Shown: piece after piece, positions 49,088 to 59,075 of the stretch
How the letters are laid out: each line of letters begins with the position of its first letter
Numbering within the stretch: the stretch's first letter is position 1
Source: an uncultured Rhodospirillaceae bacterium
GTDB lineage: Bacteria; Pseudomonadota; Alphaproteobacteria; UBA9219
Length of the DNA stretch: 63,884 nt
Assembly (NCBI GenBank): GCA_964652235.1
Contig: CAZZDK010000012.1
Coordinates: 1 to 63,884, forward strand
Reading direction: 5' to 3'
Program-made: the position numbers and the translations under genes
Notes under the pieces: model-generated
Told to the model about the DNA's origin: nothing
Database searches by the model: none
Seen by the model: the letters and a program-made list of their open reading frames with translations, nothing else

Positions 49088-49754
49088 GAAACGGGTTTTC
49101 CCGTCCTGGTGGGTCGCGTGGATCGCGGTCATGCTTTTGGCGTTCGGCCTTCCGGCCCTGCTCGCGCGGCTTATTATGTTGCCGGGCGATTCGGTGCGCC
49201 TGGCCATGCTGAGCAGCCAGCCTGTTTCCGAAGAAGATTTTCAGGTTTTGGAGAAAACGCGCCGGGCGGTCGTCGGTTGGTTTCCCCTTAACGCCAACTT
49301 CAACGATCTGGCTCTTGTCGCGTTTACGCGCGGGGGACAGGCCGACGGGGAAGCGGCGAAAGCGTTGTTTGCCGAATCGGAAGGTTGGCAGCGCCGGGCA
49401 TTGACGGCCTCGCCCGCCGATCCTTACGGTTGGTTTCGTCTCGGCTACTTGTTTTTGTTCGCCGACGGCAGGCCTTCGCCCCGGACGGCGGCCGCCTGGA
49501 CGCAATCCATGGCCGTGGCGCCTTACGAGCCGGAACTCATGATCCCGCGTTTGCAGATGGGCATGGCGAATTACGCTTTCCTGAAGCCAGAGGCGAAAGG
49601 CTATCTGCCGATCCTGATCCGGGGCAGCTCCATCTTTGATGCCGAGGGCCTTGCCCGCCTCGCTAAGGCGGGCAGATTCACCGGCCTGGTCGAAGAGGCC
49701 CTGGTCGGCGACGAAGAGGCTCTGAAAGCGTTCAGGGAGAGGATCGCAAAGTAA
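49068..49754 (+). CDS. EPS-cluster hypothetical protein (TPR-like)
   Basis: N-terminal TM; AL..SP.DPY.W.RL helical motif; start uncertain. Confidence 0.65.
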   Translation: MPTTRTEKRVFPSWWVAWIAVMLLAFGLPALLARLIMLPGDSVRLAMLSSQPVSEEDFQVLEKTRRAVVGWFPLNANFNDLALVAFTRGGQADGEAAKALFAESEGWQRRALTASPADPYGWFRLGYLFLFADGRPSPRTAAAWTQSMAVAPYEPELMIPRLQMGMANYAFLKPEAKGYLPILIRGSSIFDAEGLARLAKAGRFTGLVEEALVGDEEALKAFRERIAK

Positions 49755-49787
49755 CAAAGGTTGTCGCGGCTCTCCGCGAAGAGCTCC

Positions 49788-51569
49788 TTACGCCTGGGCG
49801 GCCGGTGGAGGACGGGCGATCCCGTTTGTGGCCCTGCGCAGGTCTTCCAAATCGCGCTGAATGTCGTTCAATATCTTGAGCTTCTCGGCCAGGACGGCTT
49901 CGTTCCGGTCGATCTCGACTCGGCTTTTTCGGGCCAGAGAAAGAGCGCTTTGCAAGGAGCGGCGTATCCCCTCAAGGGTGAGATCGACTTTTTCGTCGAG
50001 CGTCCGGCGGAACTGCGCGCTGGTTGCGCCGGCGCGGCTGATAAGATCGTAGCGCACACGACCGCAATGGCGGTCGAGCCATTCGGTTGCTCGCGCTTTC
50101 GTGTTTTTCAGAATGATTCTCCTGGCGATGAAAGAAGGAAGGACGGAGATAAAGGCTAGACGAATCATTTCCAGGCTGAGGGGGTCGTCCTTCAAAAGGA
50201 AATAGAAGCCGCTTTTTTCCGTCAGCCCGTCTATCGACACGAAGGGCTCCAGCTTGAGATCAAAGACGTTGCTGGCAAGCGCGTGAACACGTTCAATTGT
50301 TTCGTTCGTTTTTGACGCGAATTCATGGTGCGCTTCTTCGAGTTTTTTTGAAACTCGCTCGGCCATTTCCTGGCGCCAGGTCCCTACAACCTCGCGGATC
50401 TTGTCGGACGCAAATCGTTCCAGATTATCGCGCAGGTCGGGCGTTTTTTGCTGAAGCGACCGGAGATATTCTTTTTCAATCGCTTCGTGAAGGAGGGGGA
50501 GCCTTTCTTTGTGAAAGAGCCTAATGTCCTCGTCCAATTGCGCGACGATGCTTTTCATGTTGCCGTCCAGCAAATAAGCGCTTCGGTCGCGATCTTTTTG
50601 CAATTCCTTTATTTCATGCTCGAAGACGGCGATTTTTTCATGAAGCTGTTCAAATGGCAATTGCGCGGCTTTTTGTTCCAACCGAAGGGCGACGATTTCC
50701 GCCGTTGCCGATCTCAGCAGGGCGTGGACGGCGCCTGTCAGAAAAACCACGCCTTTTTCCTGAGCAAGAAAAGACTGCAGCTGCTCCTCAAAGTCCGGCA
50801 GATGGCTTCGGACGAGGTTCTCTCTGTCGCCGCTCTTTTTAGCCTCAAGAGCCATGCGGGCCGATAAGGGGTGAACGCGGACATTTCCTGCCCCCAAATC
50901 TTCTTCCAGAACCTCCCGCGTGAAAGCCATGGATTCCTCAAAGTCTTTCTCGCTGACTTGGTCTATCTTGTTCAAAAGAAAGAACAATTTATGCGCATAG
51001 AGGCGAACGTCTTTTAAGAAAGCGTGTTCGTTTTTTGATAAGGGCGGGTCGGCCGATACGACAAAAATCGCCGCATCCACATAGGGCAAATAAGCCAGGG
51101 CCGCGTCAGTATTGTGTTGATAAACGGAGCCGACGCCCGGCGTGTCAATAATCCTAAGGCCGTCTTTCAACTGATCGGACGGATAGAACACTTCGACTTC
51201 TTTTACGTTCTTTCGGTTCTTAGGATTCTCGCGCTCGGTGATATAGGCGGGCAACCGATCCAGTTGCGTTTCCGCGCTCGTGCCGTCTAAAAACCGGATC
51301 ACAGCTCTTTTCTCTTCGCCGTAGCGCAAGATCGTGACCGCCGACGTCAAAGGCACGACCGCTGTCGGCAGAATATCCGCGCCAAGAAGGGCGTTGATAA
51401 AGGTCGATTTGCCGCGCTTGAACTGCCCCAGGACGACAAGATTGAATATCTCTTCCTTTAGCTTTTTTTCGACGCCAAGGAGGGGCCCTTCACTTTCCGG
51501 TCCGACGACCTTTTTAAGCCGTTCCGAAATTTCCTGAAGGGTTTTTCTGGCTGTTTCATAGGACAACAT
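49788..51569 (-). CDS. Bacterial dynamin-like GTPase
   Basis: GQFKRGKST, LPT..VP.T, DTPG, NKID; helical stalk. Confidence 0.9.
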   Translation of the reverse strand: MLSYETARKTLQEISERLKKVVGPESEGPLLGVEKKLKEEIFNLVVLGQFKRGKSTFINALLGADILPTAVVPLTSAVTILRYGEEKRAVIRFLDGTSAETQLDRLPAYITERENPKNRKNVKEVEVFYPSDQLKDGLRIIDTPGVGSVYQHNTDAALAYLPYVDAAIFVVSADPPLSKNEHAFLKDVRLYAHKLFFLLNKIDQVSEKDFEESMAFTREVLEEDLGAGNVRVHPLSARMALEAKKSGDRENLVRSHLPDFEEQLQSFLAQEKGVVFLTGAVHALLRSATAEIVALRLEQKAAQLPFEQLHEKIAVFEHEIKELQKDRDRSAYLLDGNMKSIVAQLDEDIRLFHKERLPLLHEAIEKEYLRSLQQKTPDLRDNLERFASDKIREVVGTWRQEMAERVSKKLEEAHHEFASKTNETIERVHALASNVFDLKLEPFVSIDGLTEKSGFYFLLKDDPLSLEMIRLAFISVLPSFIARRIILKNTKARATEWLDRHCGRVRYDLISRAGATSAQFRRTLDEKVDLTLEGIRRSLQSALSLARKSRVEIDRNEAVLAEKLKILNDIQRDLEDLRRATNGIARPPPAAQA

Positions 51570-51622
51570 GGCTTCTCGCTTCGGTTAGGGGCAAAGGCGG
51601 CGGCAAAACGTTTCCCGCCGAG

Positions 51623-52432
51623 CTAGCCCCCATCAAGCCACTTAGGGCGATCCACATTACAAGATTCATAGAGCAGCCGAAACAAAGGAGCCAAGACTTT
51701 TACCGGAGGCGCATGATGGAACCATCCTTCCGCGCAAAGGCTATCGACTTCGCATTTTCCGACCCCATCGGCATAGGCGTGATAATTGTGCGGAATGGTC
51801 GGCACGCAAAGGGGTTCCCCCTCAATCCCTTCCATGCCGGCGATCCATCGGAAAGGGGGCTTGATCCCGAGCCTTTTGAGAAAATCGCCGTAGCCGGCCA
51901 GCCCGCGCTGCATATGTTTCTCGATGATCGGCGGTATGCCCTTGCCCTTCGAGGTGCTGAGCGAATGCGCATCCACGCCCCACACTTCTCCTCTGCTGAA
52001 GACGAACGAGACCAGGTCCGCGCAAAAAATTCTGCTGTCTATATGTCGGTTGGGGGCGTCGCTCTCATCGCTGAATAGATCCTCCATTTGAGGAGCTTGG
52101 TTCCCTACGCTTGTATAAGCGCCGTAACCATCTTCCGCCCTGATGTGAAAAATATCCCCGAACATCGAATCGAAACTCAGCGGCATCAACAACGGATGGC
52201 TGTTGGCCATGGCCCTTATTTTGTCGACCTCAAACGTCCTCGCTTCTTCCTCCAAGGGTATGACGCGAAGCCAGAGGGAGGGGCCCTTTCTTAACCAAAC
52301 TTCACCGCCGAACTTGTCGTATCTGTAAGGAAGGATATCGTCAAAAAGACCAAGGGGGCTGCCCGAAGGGCGAAAGCTTGCCTGATAGGGGGGCGCGGCG
52401 TTGACGGAAGCGGCGCTGGCCAGGTTCTGCAT
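51623..52432 (-). CDS. Hypothetical protein
   Basis: Long ORF (track 51623..52582); AGGAG near 52455 suggests a start around 52432-52447. Confidence 0.6.
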   Translation of the reverse strand: MQNLASAASVNAAPPYQASFRPSGSPLGLFDDILPYRYDKFGGEVWLRKGPSLWLRVIPLEEEARTFEVDKIRAMANSHPLLMPLSFDSMFGDIFHIRAEDGYGAYTSVGNQAPQMEDLFSDESDAPNRHIDSRIFCADLVSFVFSRGEVWGVDAHSLSTSKGKGIPPIIEKHMQRGLAGYGDFLKRLGIKPPFRWIAGMEGIEGEPLCVPTIPHNYHAYADGVGKCEVDSLCAEGWFHHAPPVKVLAPLFRLLYESCNVDRPKWLDGG

Positions 52433-52707
52433 CGGGAGATTTTTCACGTTGCTTCTCCTTTCTTTTCGAAACGTGAAAGCGACGTAAAAAACCCCGCCAG
52501 GCGATTTCACGTGGCAGGAGTCATTAGCTCTTATGAGCGGTTCATGGGGAACCCCATCCCCATTTGCGAGTATAAAGGCCAAGATTTTTTTTGCAACGGC
52601 AATCCGACCGACTGCCGGGGTAGAATTTTAGTTTAATCAAGCTGTTAGCCAATGAGAGGGAAGCAAAACCCGCCACAGCCTTTGGCAAAGCCAAAGAGAC
52701 TTGCGGC

Positions 52708-52782
52708 TGGTTGGGGCGGGAGGGATCGAACCTCCGCATGGCGGAATCAAAATCCGCTGCCTTACCGCTTGGCTACGCCCCA
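52708..52782 (-). tRNA. tRNA-Gln(TTG)
   Basis: TGGGGCG..GCGGA-TTTTGAT-TCCGC..GTTCGATCC..CCA. Confidence 0.97.
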
Positions 52783-52867
52783 ACAGGTCCTTCAAGGGCG
52801 GGGTTAAGGCCCTTTTCGGCGCAAGAGGGGGCCAACATAGCCCGCCTTTTCCCCCAAAGCAACAATC

Positions 52868-52882
52868 TTAAGTGCTTGTTAA
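52868..52882. promoter_or_regulatory. CtrA box upstream of rcdA
   Basis: TTAA GTGCTTG TTAA. Confidence 0.65.
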
Positions 52883-52961
52883 ACAAAGATACACGGCTTT
52901 TTAAGACTTAGAGAGGTAGGAGTGGAGGACTGCCCCAATTTTCCTGAAGGAGGGCCTTTCT

Positions 52962-53435
52962 ATGTCCAAGACGGCCACGCTTTTGGATCGCACCTTCGAC
53001 GAAGGCGTCGCGCTTACGCTTGAGGCGCGCAACTACATTGCCTATCACGAGCAGGCGGACAGGCGGCGCCAGAACCTGCCCCATTGCCTGCACGTCGGCT
53101 ATCATCACACGCGCGTCTCGGCGCGTTTGATCCAGATTATGACTTGGCTTCTCGCGATGAAGGCTTTGTTGTCCGGCGAAATCTCGCCGGAGCAATTTGC
53201 CATGCCGCAATACGAACTGGCGGGCGGCGAGGAATGTGAAAGCGAGATGGGGCCGGAGATACAGGAACTGCCTTCCGGCTTGCGCGATCTTTTGAACCGC
53301 ACGCAACTGCTTTACGCGCGCATTTTGCGGCTCGACGCCATGGTACGCGAAAAGCTGGCGGCGGGCGAGGTGCCGAACTTCGGCATGATCCAGGGCATCC
53401 AGATCATCGATCCGCCGACGGACCCGATGAATTAA
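52962..53435 (+). CDS. rcdA: RcdA/DUF1465 regulator of CtrA degradation
   Basis: F.E...L..EAR.Y, R...RL.Q...WLL, LP.GLRDL..R...LY.RI.RLD. Confidence 0.78.
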   Translation: MSKTATLLDRTFDEGVALTLEARNYIAYHEQADRRRQNLPHCLHVGYHHTRVSARLIQIMTWLLAMKALLSGEISPEQFAMPQYELAGGEECESEMGPEIQELPSGLRDLLNRTQLLYARILRLDAMVREKLAAGEVPNFGMIQGIQIIDPPTDPMN

Positions 53436-53442
53436 GGGCCCT

Positions 53443-53556
53443 GGGCAGAAAATGCCCCCGCCGGGCGTCCGGAAAGAGGGCGCGGTCGTTTTTCAAATAG
53501 GAAACAAAAGATTAGGGCGGCTCTGGCCGCCCTGTTTTTTTGGCACCTCTTTTGCA
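53443..53556 (+). promoter_or_regulatory. sigma54 promoter with upstream ftr-like dyad
   Basis: TGGCAC-N5-TTGCA at 53541-53556; GGGCA-N5-TGCCC at 53443-53457. Confidence 0.8.
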
Positions 53557-53602
53557 GAGACTAGGGTTGAGTTCTTTCCTTTCTGCAAAGCGAGGGACGC
53601 CC

Positions 53603-54874
53603 ATGTCTTTGTATGTCAGCATCTCGACCGCGATCACCGGATTGACGGCGCAGTCCCGTTCGCTTGCGAACGTCTCGGACAATCTCGCCAATACCTCGAC
53701 GACGGGCTATAAATCCATCGGGACGAACTTTCAGGACATCGTTTCTTCGGGGGGGAGCGACAAAACCAACGGCGCGGGCGTTCGGACGACGCCTGCTTAC
53801 TATAACGGCCTGCAAGGTTCCATCGCGGCGTCGAACGTCGAGACTTATATGGCCATTTCGGGACGCGGTTTTTTCTCCGTTTTCGGGGAAGACGAAAACG
53901 GCGATCCGGACACGGCCAAGAATTATTATACCCGCAGCGGCGACTTTACGCTGGATTCCGACGGGCGCATGAAGAACAGCGAAGGCTTTTTCCTGACCGG
54001 CTGGGCCGTCGATCCCGCGACGGGGGCCGTGGACAAAACGACGCTTGTTCCCATTGAAATAGCCGACATCATCAATACGAACATCGTGACGACGGCGCTT
54101 GAATACGATGCGAACCTTCCTTCCAGCGCGACGACCGGCACGGTCACGTCGGCCTCGACCGTCACCGTGTACGATTCCGAGGGCGAGGCGCACGATGTAA
54201 GCTATACCTGGGAAAAGACGGCGACGAACACCTGGAGGCTGACGGTTTCCGCTCCCGGCGCCGGATCTCCCGATTATACGGGGACGGCAATCTTCACTTT
54301 TACGGACGGCACGGGCGTCGATACCGAAGGCAACAGGATTCCCGCAGGCCGGATCGACACCATTACCAGCACGGATTTCACGGTGGACGGGACGAACTTG
54401 TCCTTTTCCCTCTCTTATCCCGGCGCGACGGCGATGCCGCTTACGGCCAGCTTCGGCAGCGTTACCCAATTCGCCGACGAGACGATCACGGTTTCGGTCT
54501 TTTCGCAAAACGGTGTGCCGGAGGGAACGTTCAACGGCATTTCAATCGACAAGAACGGACTTTTCTCCATCAATTACGACAACGGAGTCAGCCGGACCTA
54601 TTATCAGATACCCTTGGCCCTTTTCAACGCGCCCGAACAGCTTCAAAGGGTAAGCGGCACGGCCTTTATGATTACGGAAGCTTCCGGCACGCCGAACGTC
54701 GTCGCGGCCGGAACGGACGGCGCGGGAACGCTTGCCACGAACGCGCTGGAAAACTCGACCGTGGACATCGCCGATCAATTCACCATCATGATCCGCGCGC
54801 AGCAGGCCTACGCCGCCAACGCCAAGACCATCACGGCGGCGGACAGTATGCTGAAGACGCTGATTACGATCTGA
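53603..54874 (+). CDS. flgE: Flagellar hook protein
   Basis: SDNLAN..TTGYK, YTRSGDF, LENSTVDIA, AY.ANAK.I. Confidence 0.88.
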   Translation: MSLYVSISTAITGLTAQSRSLANVSDNLANTSTTGYKSIGTNFQDIVSSGGSDKTNGAGVRTTPAYYNGLQGSIAASNVETYMAISGRGFFSVFGEDENGDPDTAKNYYTRSGDFTLDSDGRMKNSEGFFLTGWAVDPATGAVDKTTLVPIEIADIINTNIVTTALEYDANLPSSATTGTVTSASTVTVYDSEGEAHDVSYTWEKTATNTWRLTVSAPGAGSPDYTGTAIFTFTDGTGVDTEGNRIPAGRIDTITSTDFTVDGTNLSFSLSYPGATAMPLTASFGSVTQFADETITVSVFSQNGVPEGTFNGISIDKNGLFSINYDNGVSRTYYQIPLALFNAPEQLQRVSGTAFMITEASGTPNVVAAGTDGAGTLATNALENSTVDIADQFTIMIRAQQAYAANAKTITAADSMLKTLITI

Positions 54875-54877
54875 AAT

Positions 54878-54906
54878 AAAAAAGCGGCCCGAATGGGCCG
54901 CTTTTT
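54878..54906. terminator. Bidirectional intrinsic terminator
   Basis: AAAAAAGCGGCCC-GAAT-GGGCCGCTTTTT. Confidence 0.88.
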
Positions 54907-54921
54907 CGGAGAAGAAAAGCT

Positions 54922-55099
54922 TATACCAAGAAACGCCTGAACGGCACCGCTCTTTGACTTCACTCGGCTTCCGCGCCTCGCCCTTCCCCTGCTGGACCGG
55001 TCTTGCCGTTTTGCAACGATTTTTTTCATCCAGCGGGGGAAGGGCTCCTCGCAACCTCTCGTGACCCGAAGGAGTCTCTTCATCCGTTTGTTGGTATTA
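54922..55099 (-). repeat. ~178-bp hairpin element, copy C
   Basis: TATACCAAGAAACG...CGTTTGTTGGTATTA; right end is the rpmE stop codon. Confidence 0.9.
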
Positions 55100-55411
55100 A
55101 GCCTTTTTCTTAGTCGTCTTGGCGGATTTGGCCGTCGTCAGTTTGATCTTTTCTTCTTTGGCGGGCGCGGCCGCTTCGGCGGCGGCTTCCTTCTTGCCTG
55201 TCAGGCCCGCGAAGCGCTTGTTGAACTTGGCGAGCTGTCCGCCGCGATCCACCATGCGATGCTGGCCGGTCCAGGCCGGATGCGTCTTGGGATCGACGTC
55301 GAGTTGAAGCCTGTCTCCCGGCTTGCCGTACGTGCTGCGCGTCTTGAACTCCGAGCCGTCGGTCATGACGATCGTGATTTCGTGATAATCGGGATGTGTC
55401 TCTGTTTTCAT
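55097..55411 (-). CDS. rpmE: 50S ribosomal protein L31
   Basis: MK..THPDYH, LDVDP.THPAWTG, KFNKRF. Confidence 0.95.
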   Translation of the reverse strand: MKTETHPDYHEITIVMTDGSEFKTRSTYGKPGDRLQLDVDPKTHPAWTGQHRMVDRGGQLAKFNKRFAGLTGKKEAAAEAAAPAKEEKIKLTTAKSAKTTKKKA

Positions 55412-55671
55412 TGTCTTGGCTTTCTTAAGCGTTTTCTTCTTAGAGAAGCGCCTTTCTAAGAAAAGGGCCGCGAAAAAGCAAGAAAGGATTCATTTTTCTC
55501 ACCATAAACAGGCCAAGCCTTTGTTTTTGAAGGATTTTATATCTTTCCGGTCTTCTTTTGACTCTTAGCCCCTTTTTCCGCTACAAACGCCTTGTTCCAA
55601 TCCAAGGGTTAAAGGGATGGGAAGGCAGGTCGGTCCTCGCGTCGCGAGCACCGGCCCTTTGGGTTTTTGGG

Positions 55672-55849
55672 TCATGCCGACAGTTCGATGAAGGGATGCG
55701 CTCGGGTCACGAGTGGTTGCGAGGAGCCTGCCTCTCGCCGGATGGAAGGAATCGCCCTGAACTAAGCCTTGGTCTCGGCAAGAGGCAGGCGAGGCGCAGA
55801 GCGAGTGAATGAGAGATTTATAGGGCTTCTTACGGGCCCAATGGAATGA
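55672..55849 (+). repeat. ~178-bp hairpin element, copy D (ffh leader)
   Basis: Core GGGTCACGAG..GAGTGA at 55704-55808; ends degenerate. Confidence 0.8.
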
Positions 55850-55853
55850 CGCA

Positions 55854-57212
55854 ATGTTTGAAAGTTTGAGCGCAAAGCTGACGGGCGTGTTGGACCGTCT
55901 TACGCGGCGCGGCGCCCTGACCGAGGACGACGTGAATGCCGCTCTGCGCGAAGTGCGTGTGGCGCTGCTCGAAGCCGACGTGGCGTTGCCCGTCGTGAAG
56001 GATTTCATTGCCAAGGTCAAAGAACGCGCGGTGGGACAGGACGTTTTGCGTTCGATCACGCCGGGACAGCAGGTTATCAAGATCGTGCATGACGCGCTTG
56101 TTGAGACGCTGGGCGAAAAGGCCGAGCCGCTTCATATCAATGTCGCGCCGCCCGCGATCCTTCTCATGCTTGGCTTGCAGGGCTCCGGCAAAACGACGAC
56201 GACGGCCAAGCTCGGGCGTTACCTGACGCAAAAAGAACGTAAGAAAGTTTTGATGGCCTCGCTCGATGTGCGCCGCCCGGCCGCGCAGGAACAGCTTGCC
56301 GTTTTGGGCAAACAGGTCGGCGTGGACAGCCTGCCCATCGTGCCGGGGCAGGGGCCCGAGGAGATTACGCGCCGCGCGCTCGAATCTGCGCGCCTGCAAG
56401 GCTACGACGTTTTGATCCTCGATACGGCGGGCCGCTTGTCCATCGACGAAGAATTGATGCAGGAAGCGGCGGCTGTGCGCGACGTGGCGTCGCCGCACGA
56501 AAAGCTGCTCGTCGTCGATGCGATGACCGGGCAGGACGCCGTAAATACGGCCAAGAATTTCGAAGAAAAGATCGGCATTACGGGCGTCGTTTTGACGCGC
56601 ATCGACGGCGATGCGCGCGGCGGCGCGGCGCTTTCCATGCGGGCCGTGACGGGCAAGCCGATCAAGTTTCTGGGAACGGGCGAGAAAACCGAGGCGCTTG
56701 AGGTCTATCATCCCGATCGTCTCGCGGGCCGTATTTTGGACATGGGCGACGTGGTCTCCCTCGTTGAAAAGGCGGCGGCGACGCTTGACAAAGAATCCGT
56801 CGAAGATATGGGCAAAAAGTTCATGTCCGGCGAAGGATTCACGTTCGACGATCTTTTGAAGCAGCTTCAGCAAATGCGTAAAATGGGCGGCCTTTCGGGC
56901 CTGATGAGCTTTTTGCCCGGCGTCGGGAAAATTAAAGAACAGCTTAAAAACGCGAACATCGACGAACGCGCGATTAAGCGTCAGGAAGCGATCATCCAAT
57001 CCATGACAAAGGCCGAACGCAAGGACGCGGATTTGATTGCAGCCAGCCGCAAGCGCCGGATCGCGGCGGGCGCGGGCGTGGAGGTGGCGGACGTCAACCG
57101 CCTTATCAAACAATTTCTTGAAATGCAGAAAGTTATGAAGCAGCTCAAAAAAATGGGACAGGGCGGCTTTGCAAGAAACGTCATGCCGGGCTTTATGCAG
57201 GGGAGGAGATAG
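55854..57212 (+). CDS. ffh: Signal recognition particle protein
   Basis: GLQGSGKTT, DTAGR, DGDARGG, M domain. Confidence 0.98.
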   Translation: MFESLSAKLTGVLDRLTRRGALTEDDVNAALREVRVALLEADVALPVVKDFIAKVKERAVGQDVLRSITPGQQVIKIVHDALVETLGEKAEPLHINVAPPAILLMLGLQGSGKTTTTAKLGRYLTQKERKKVLMASLDVRRPAAQEQLAVLGKQVGVDSLPIVPGQGPEEITRRALESARLQGYDVLILDTAGRLSIDEELMQEAAAVRDVASPHEKLLVVDAMTGQDAVNTAKNFEEKIGITGVVLTRIDGDARGGAALSMRAVTGKPIKFLGTGEKTEALEVYHPDRLAGRILDMGDVVSLVEKAAATLDKESVEDMGKKFMSGEGFTFDDLLKQLQQMRKMGGLSGLMSFLPGVGKIKEQLKNANIDERAIKRQEAIIQSMTKAERKDADLIAASRKRRIAAGAGVEVADVNRLIKQFLEMQKVMKQLKKMGQGGFARNVMPGFMQGRR

Positions 57213-57352
57213 CCCAGCGGATGTAAGAGGCAACACGGTCAGGTCACGAGCGGTTGCGAGGAGCGCGGCGTTCGCCGGACTGAAGAGATCCCGAGAAATC
57301 GGGCGCGCCGATCGGCAAACGACGTGCGAGGCGCAGAGCGAGTGAAGTCAAA
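57210..57352 (+). repeat. Hairpin element, copy E (ffh-rpsP spacer)
   Basis: Core 57241-57350 conserved; outer arms diverged. Confidence 0.8.
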
Positions 57353-57389
57353 CAACACAAAGACATAAACGAAAAAAAGGAGAAACGAA

Positions 57390-57764
57390 ATGATCAGTAT
57401 GCGTTTAACCCGTCGCGGCGCGAAGAAAAGGCCGTTTTACCACATCGTGGTGGCCGACAGCCGCGCGCCGCGCGACGGGCGTTTCATCGAAAGCATAGGG
57501 ACCTACAATCCCATGCTGTCCAAGGACAACGCGCAGCGCGTGACGTTCAAGGAAGAGCGCGTCAAGCATTGGCTGTCCGTCGGCGCGAAGCCGTCGGATC
57601 GCGTGGCTCGTTTTTTGGCCGATGCCAAGCTTGGCCCGGCGGTCAAGTGGAGCGAAACGCCCAAGAAATCGGCCCCGCGCGCCAAGACGCAAGAGCGCAT
57701 GAAGCTGCAGGCCGAAGCCGCCGCCAAGGCCGCTGAAGCCGCCGCCGCGCCTGCGGAAGGTTGA
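57390..57764 (+). CDS. rpsP: 30S ribosomal protein S16
   Basis: RL.R.G.KKRPFY.IVVADSR.PRDG. Confidence 0.98.
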   Translation: MISMRLTRRGAKKRPFYHIVVADSRAPRDGRFIESIGTYNPMLSKDNAQRVTFKEERVKHWLSVGAKPSDRVARFLADAKLGPAVKWSETPKKSAPRAKTQERMKLQAEAAAKAAEAAAAPAEG

Positions 57765-58297
57765 TGGGACGCCGTCTTATTCGCATAGGCGTCATCCTCG
57801 GCGCGCACGGTGTGCGCGGCGCGGCGCGCCTTGCGAGTTTGACGGAAAATCCCGAAGACATCTTTGTCTATAAGCCGCTCACAGATGAAAGCGGCGGGCG
57901 CGTTTTCGAAATAGAAAAGCGCGGAATTGGCAAGGATTGTTTTCTGGTCTCGATCAAGGGCGTTCAAACCCGCGAGGCGGCGCAGGCGCTCAAGGGAATG
58001 GGCCTCTTCATCGAACGTTCACTTTTGCCCGCCGAAGAGGAAGGCGAATATTATCTGGCTGATCTCATCGGACTTGAAGCGTGGGACGAAAGCGGCAAAC
58101 CCGTCGGCAAGGTCGAGGCGACGCACGATTACGGCGCGGGCCTTTTCCTTGAGATTAAACCGCCGCATAGGGAAAGTTTCATGCTGCCTTTCAAGGACGC
58201 TTTCGTGCCCCGTGTGGACATCGCCGCCGGGACGATGACGGTTCTTCTTCCGGAAGGATGGCTTGAGGAAGAAAAGAGGGAAGAGAGGAAAAAATGA
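57764..58297 (+). CDS. rimM: Ribosome maturation factor RimM
   Basis: GAHGVRG, YY..DLIGL, GAG..L, PF. Confidence 0.95.
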   Translation: MGRRLIRIGVILGAHGVRGAARLASLTENPEDIFVYKPLTDESGGRVFEIEKRGIGKDCFLVSIKGVQTREAAQALKGMGLFIERSLLPAEEEGEYYLADLIGLEAWDESGKPVGKVEATHDYGAGLFLEIKPPHRESFMLPFKDAFVPRVDIAAGTMTVLLPEGWLEEEKREERKK

Positions 58298-59007
58298 CAG
58301 ACATTTCTCCGATCCCCCATTTCCAAATCCTCACGCTCTTTCCCGAAATGTTTCCGGGACCGCTCGGAACGGCTTTGGCGGGCAAGGCGCTGGCGGACGG
58401 TTTGTGGAAGCTCGACGTTCTGAACATCCGCGATTTCGGCGAAGGGCGGCATCGCGCGGTGGACGATACGCCTTACGGCGGCGGGGCCGGGATGGTTTTG
58501 CGGCCCGATGTCGTGGCGGCTTCTTTGCGGGCGGCTTCGGAAAAATGGGGCAAGGCGGACCGGCGCCTTTACCTTTCCCCGCGCGGGCGGGTTTTGGATC
58601 AGGCCTTGATCGAAGAACTGGCGGCAACCTCATCGGTCCTGCTCCTTTGCGGGCGTTATGAAGGGGTGGATCAGCGCGTTCTGGACGTCGAAGAACTTGA
58701 GGAAGTTTCTCTCGGCGATTTTGTCCTGGCGGGCGGCGAAGTGGCGGCGATGGCCCTGATAGAGGCCTGCACGCGCCTCATTCCGGGCGTGATGGGCAAC
58801 GAGGCGACGCCTGAAGAGGAGAGTTTTGTGGAGGGGCTTCTCGAATATCCCCATTACACAAGACCTCCTATTTGGGAGGGCCGCGAGGTGCCGGAAGTCC
58901 TGCTTTCCGGGCACCATGAAAAGGTTAACGCCTGGCGGCGCGAGCAGGCCGAGGCGCTCACCCGCCAAAGACGGCCGGATTTATGGGAAAAACGGAAAAA
59001 ACGTTAA
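58294..59007 (+). CDS. trmD: tRNA (guanine-N1) methyltransferase
   Basis: [26 protein letters not shown]. Confidence 0.97.
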   Translation: MTDISPIPHFQILTLFPEMFPGPLGTALAGKALADGLWKLDVLNIRDFGEGRHRAVDDTPYGGGAGMVLRPDVVAASLRAASEKWGKADRRLYLSPRGRVLDQALIEELAATSSVLLLCGRYEGVDQRVLDVEELEEVSLGDFVLAGGEVAAMALIEACTRLIPGVMGNEATPEEESFVEGLLEYPHYTRPPIWEGREVPEVLLSGHHEKVNAWRREQAEALTRQRRPDLWEKRKKR

Positions 59008-59075
59008 AAAACGCACGAAAGCGTTGAGTTGAAGGGCAATCCCGTGTATAGGAGGCCCCCTCAAGGAGAAAGATC

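Noticed and set aside
32340-57350. CRISPR-like reading of the repeat family (constant flanks, ~32-nt unique middle)
   Set aside because: Copies are dispersed in both orientations, not arrayed, and no cas genes are present
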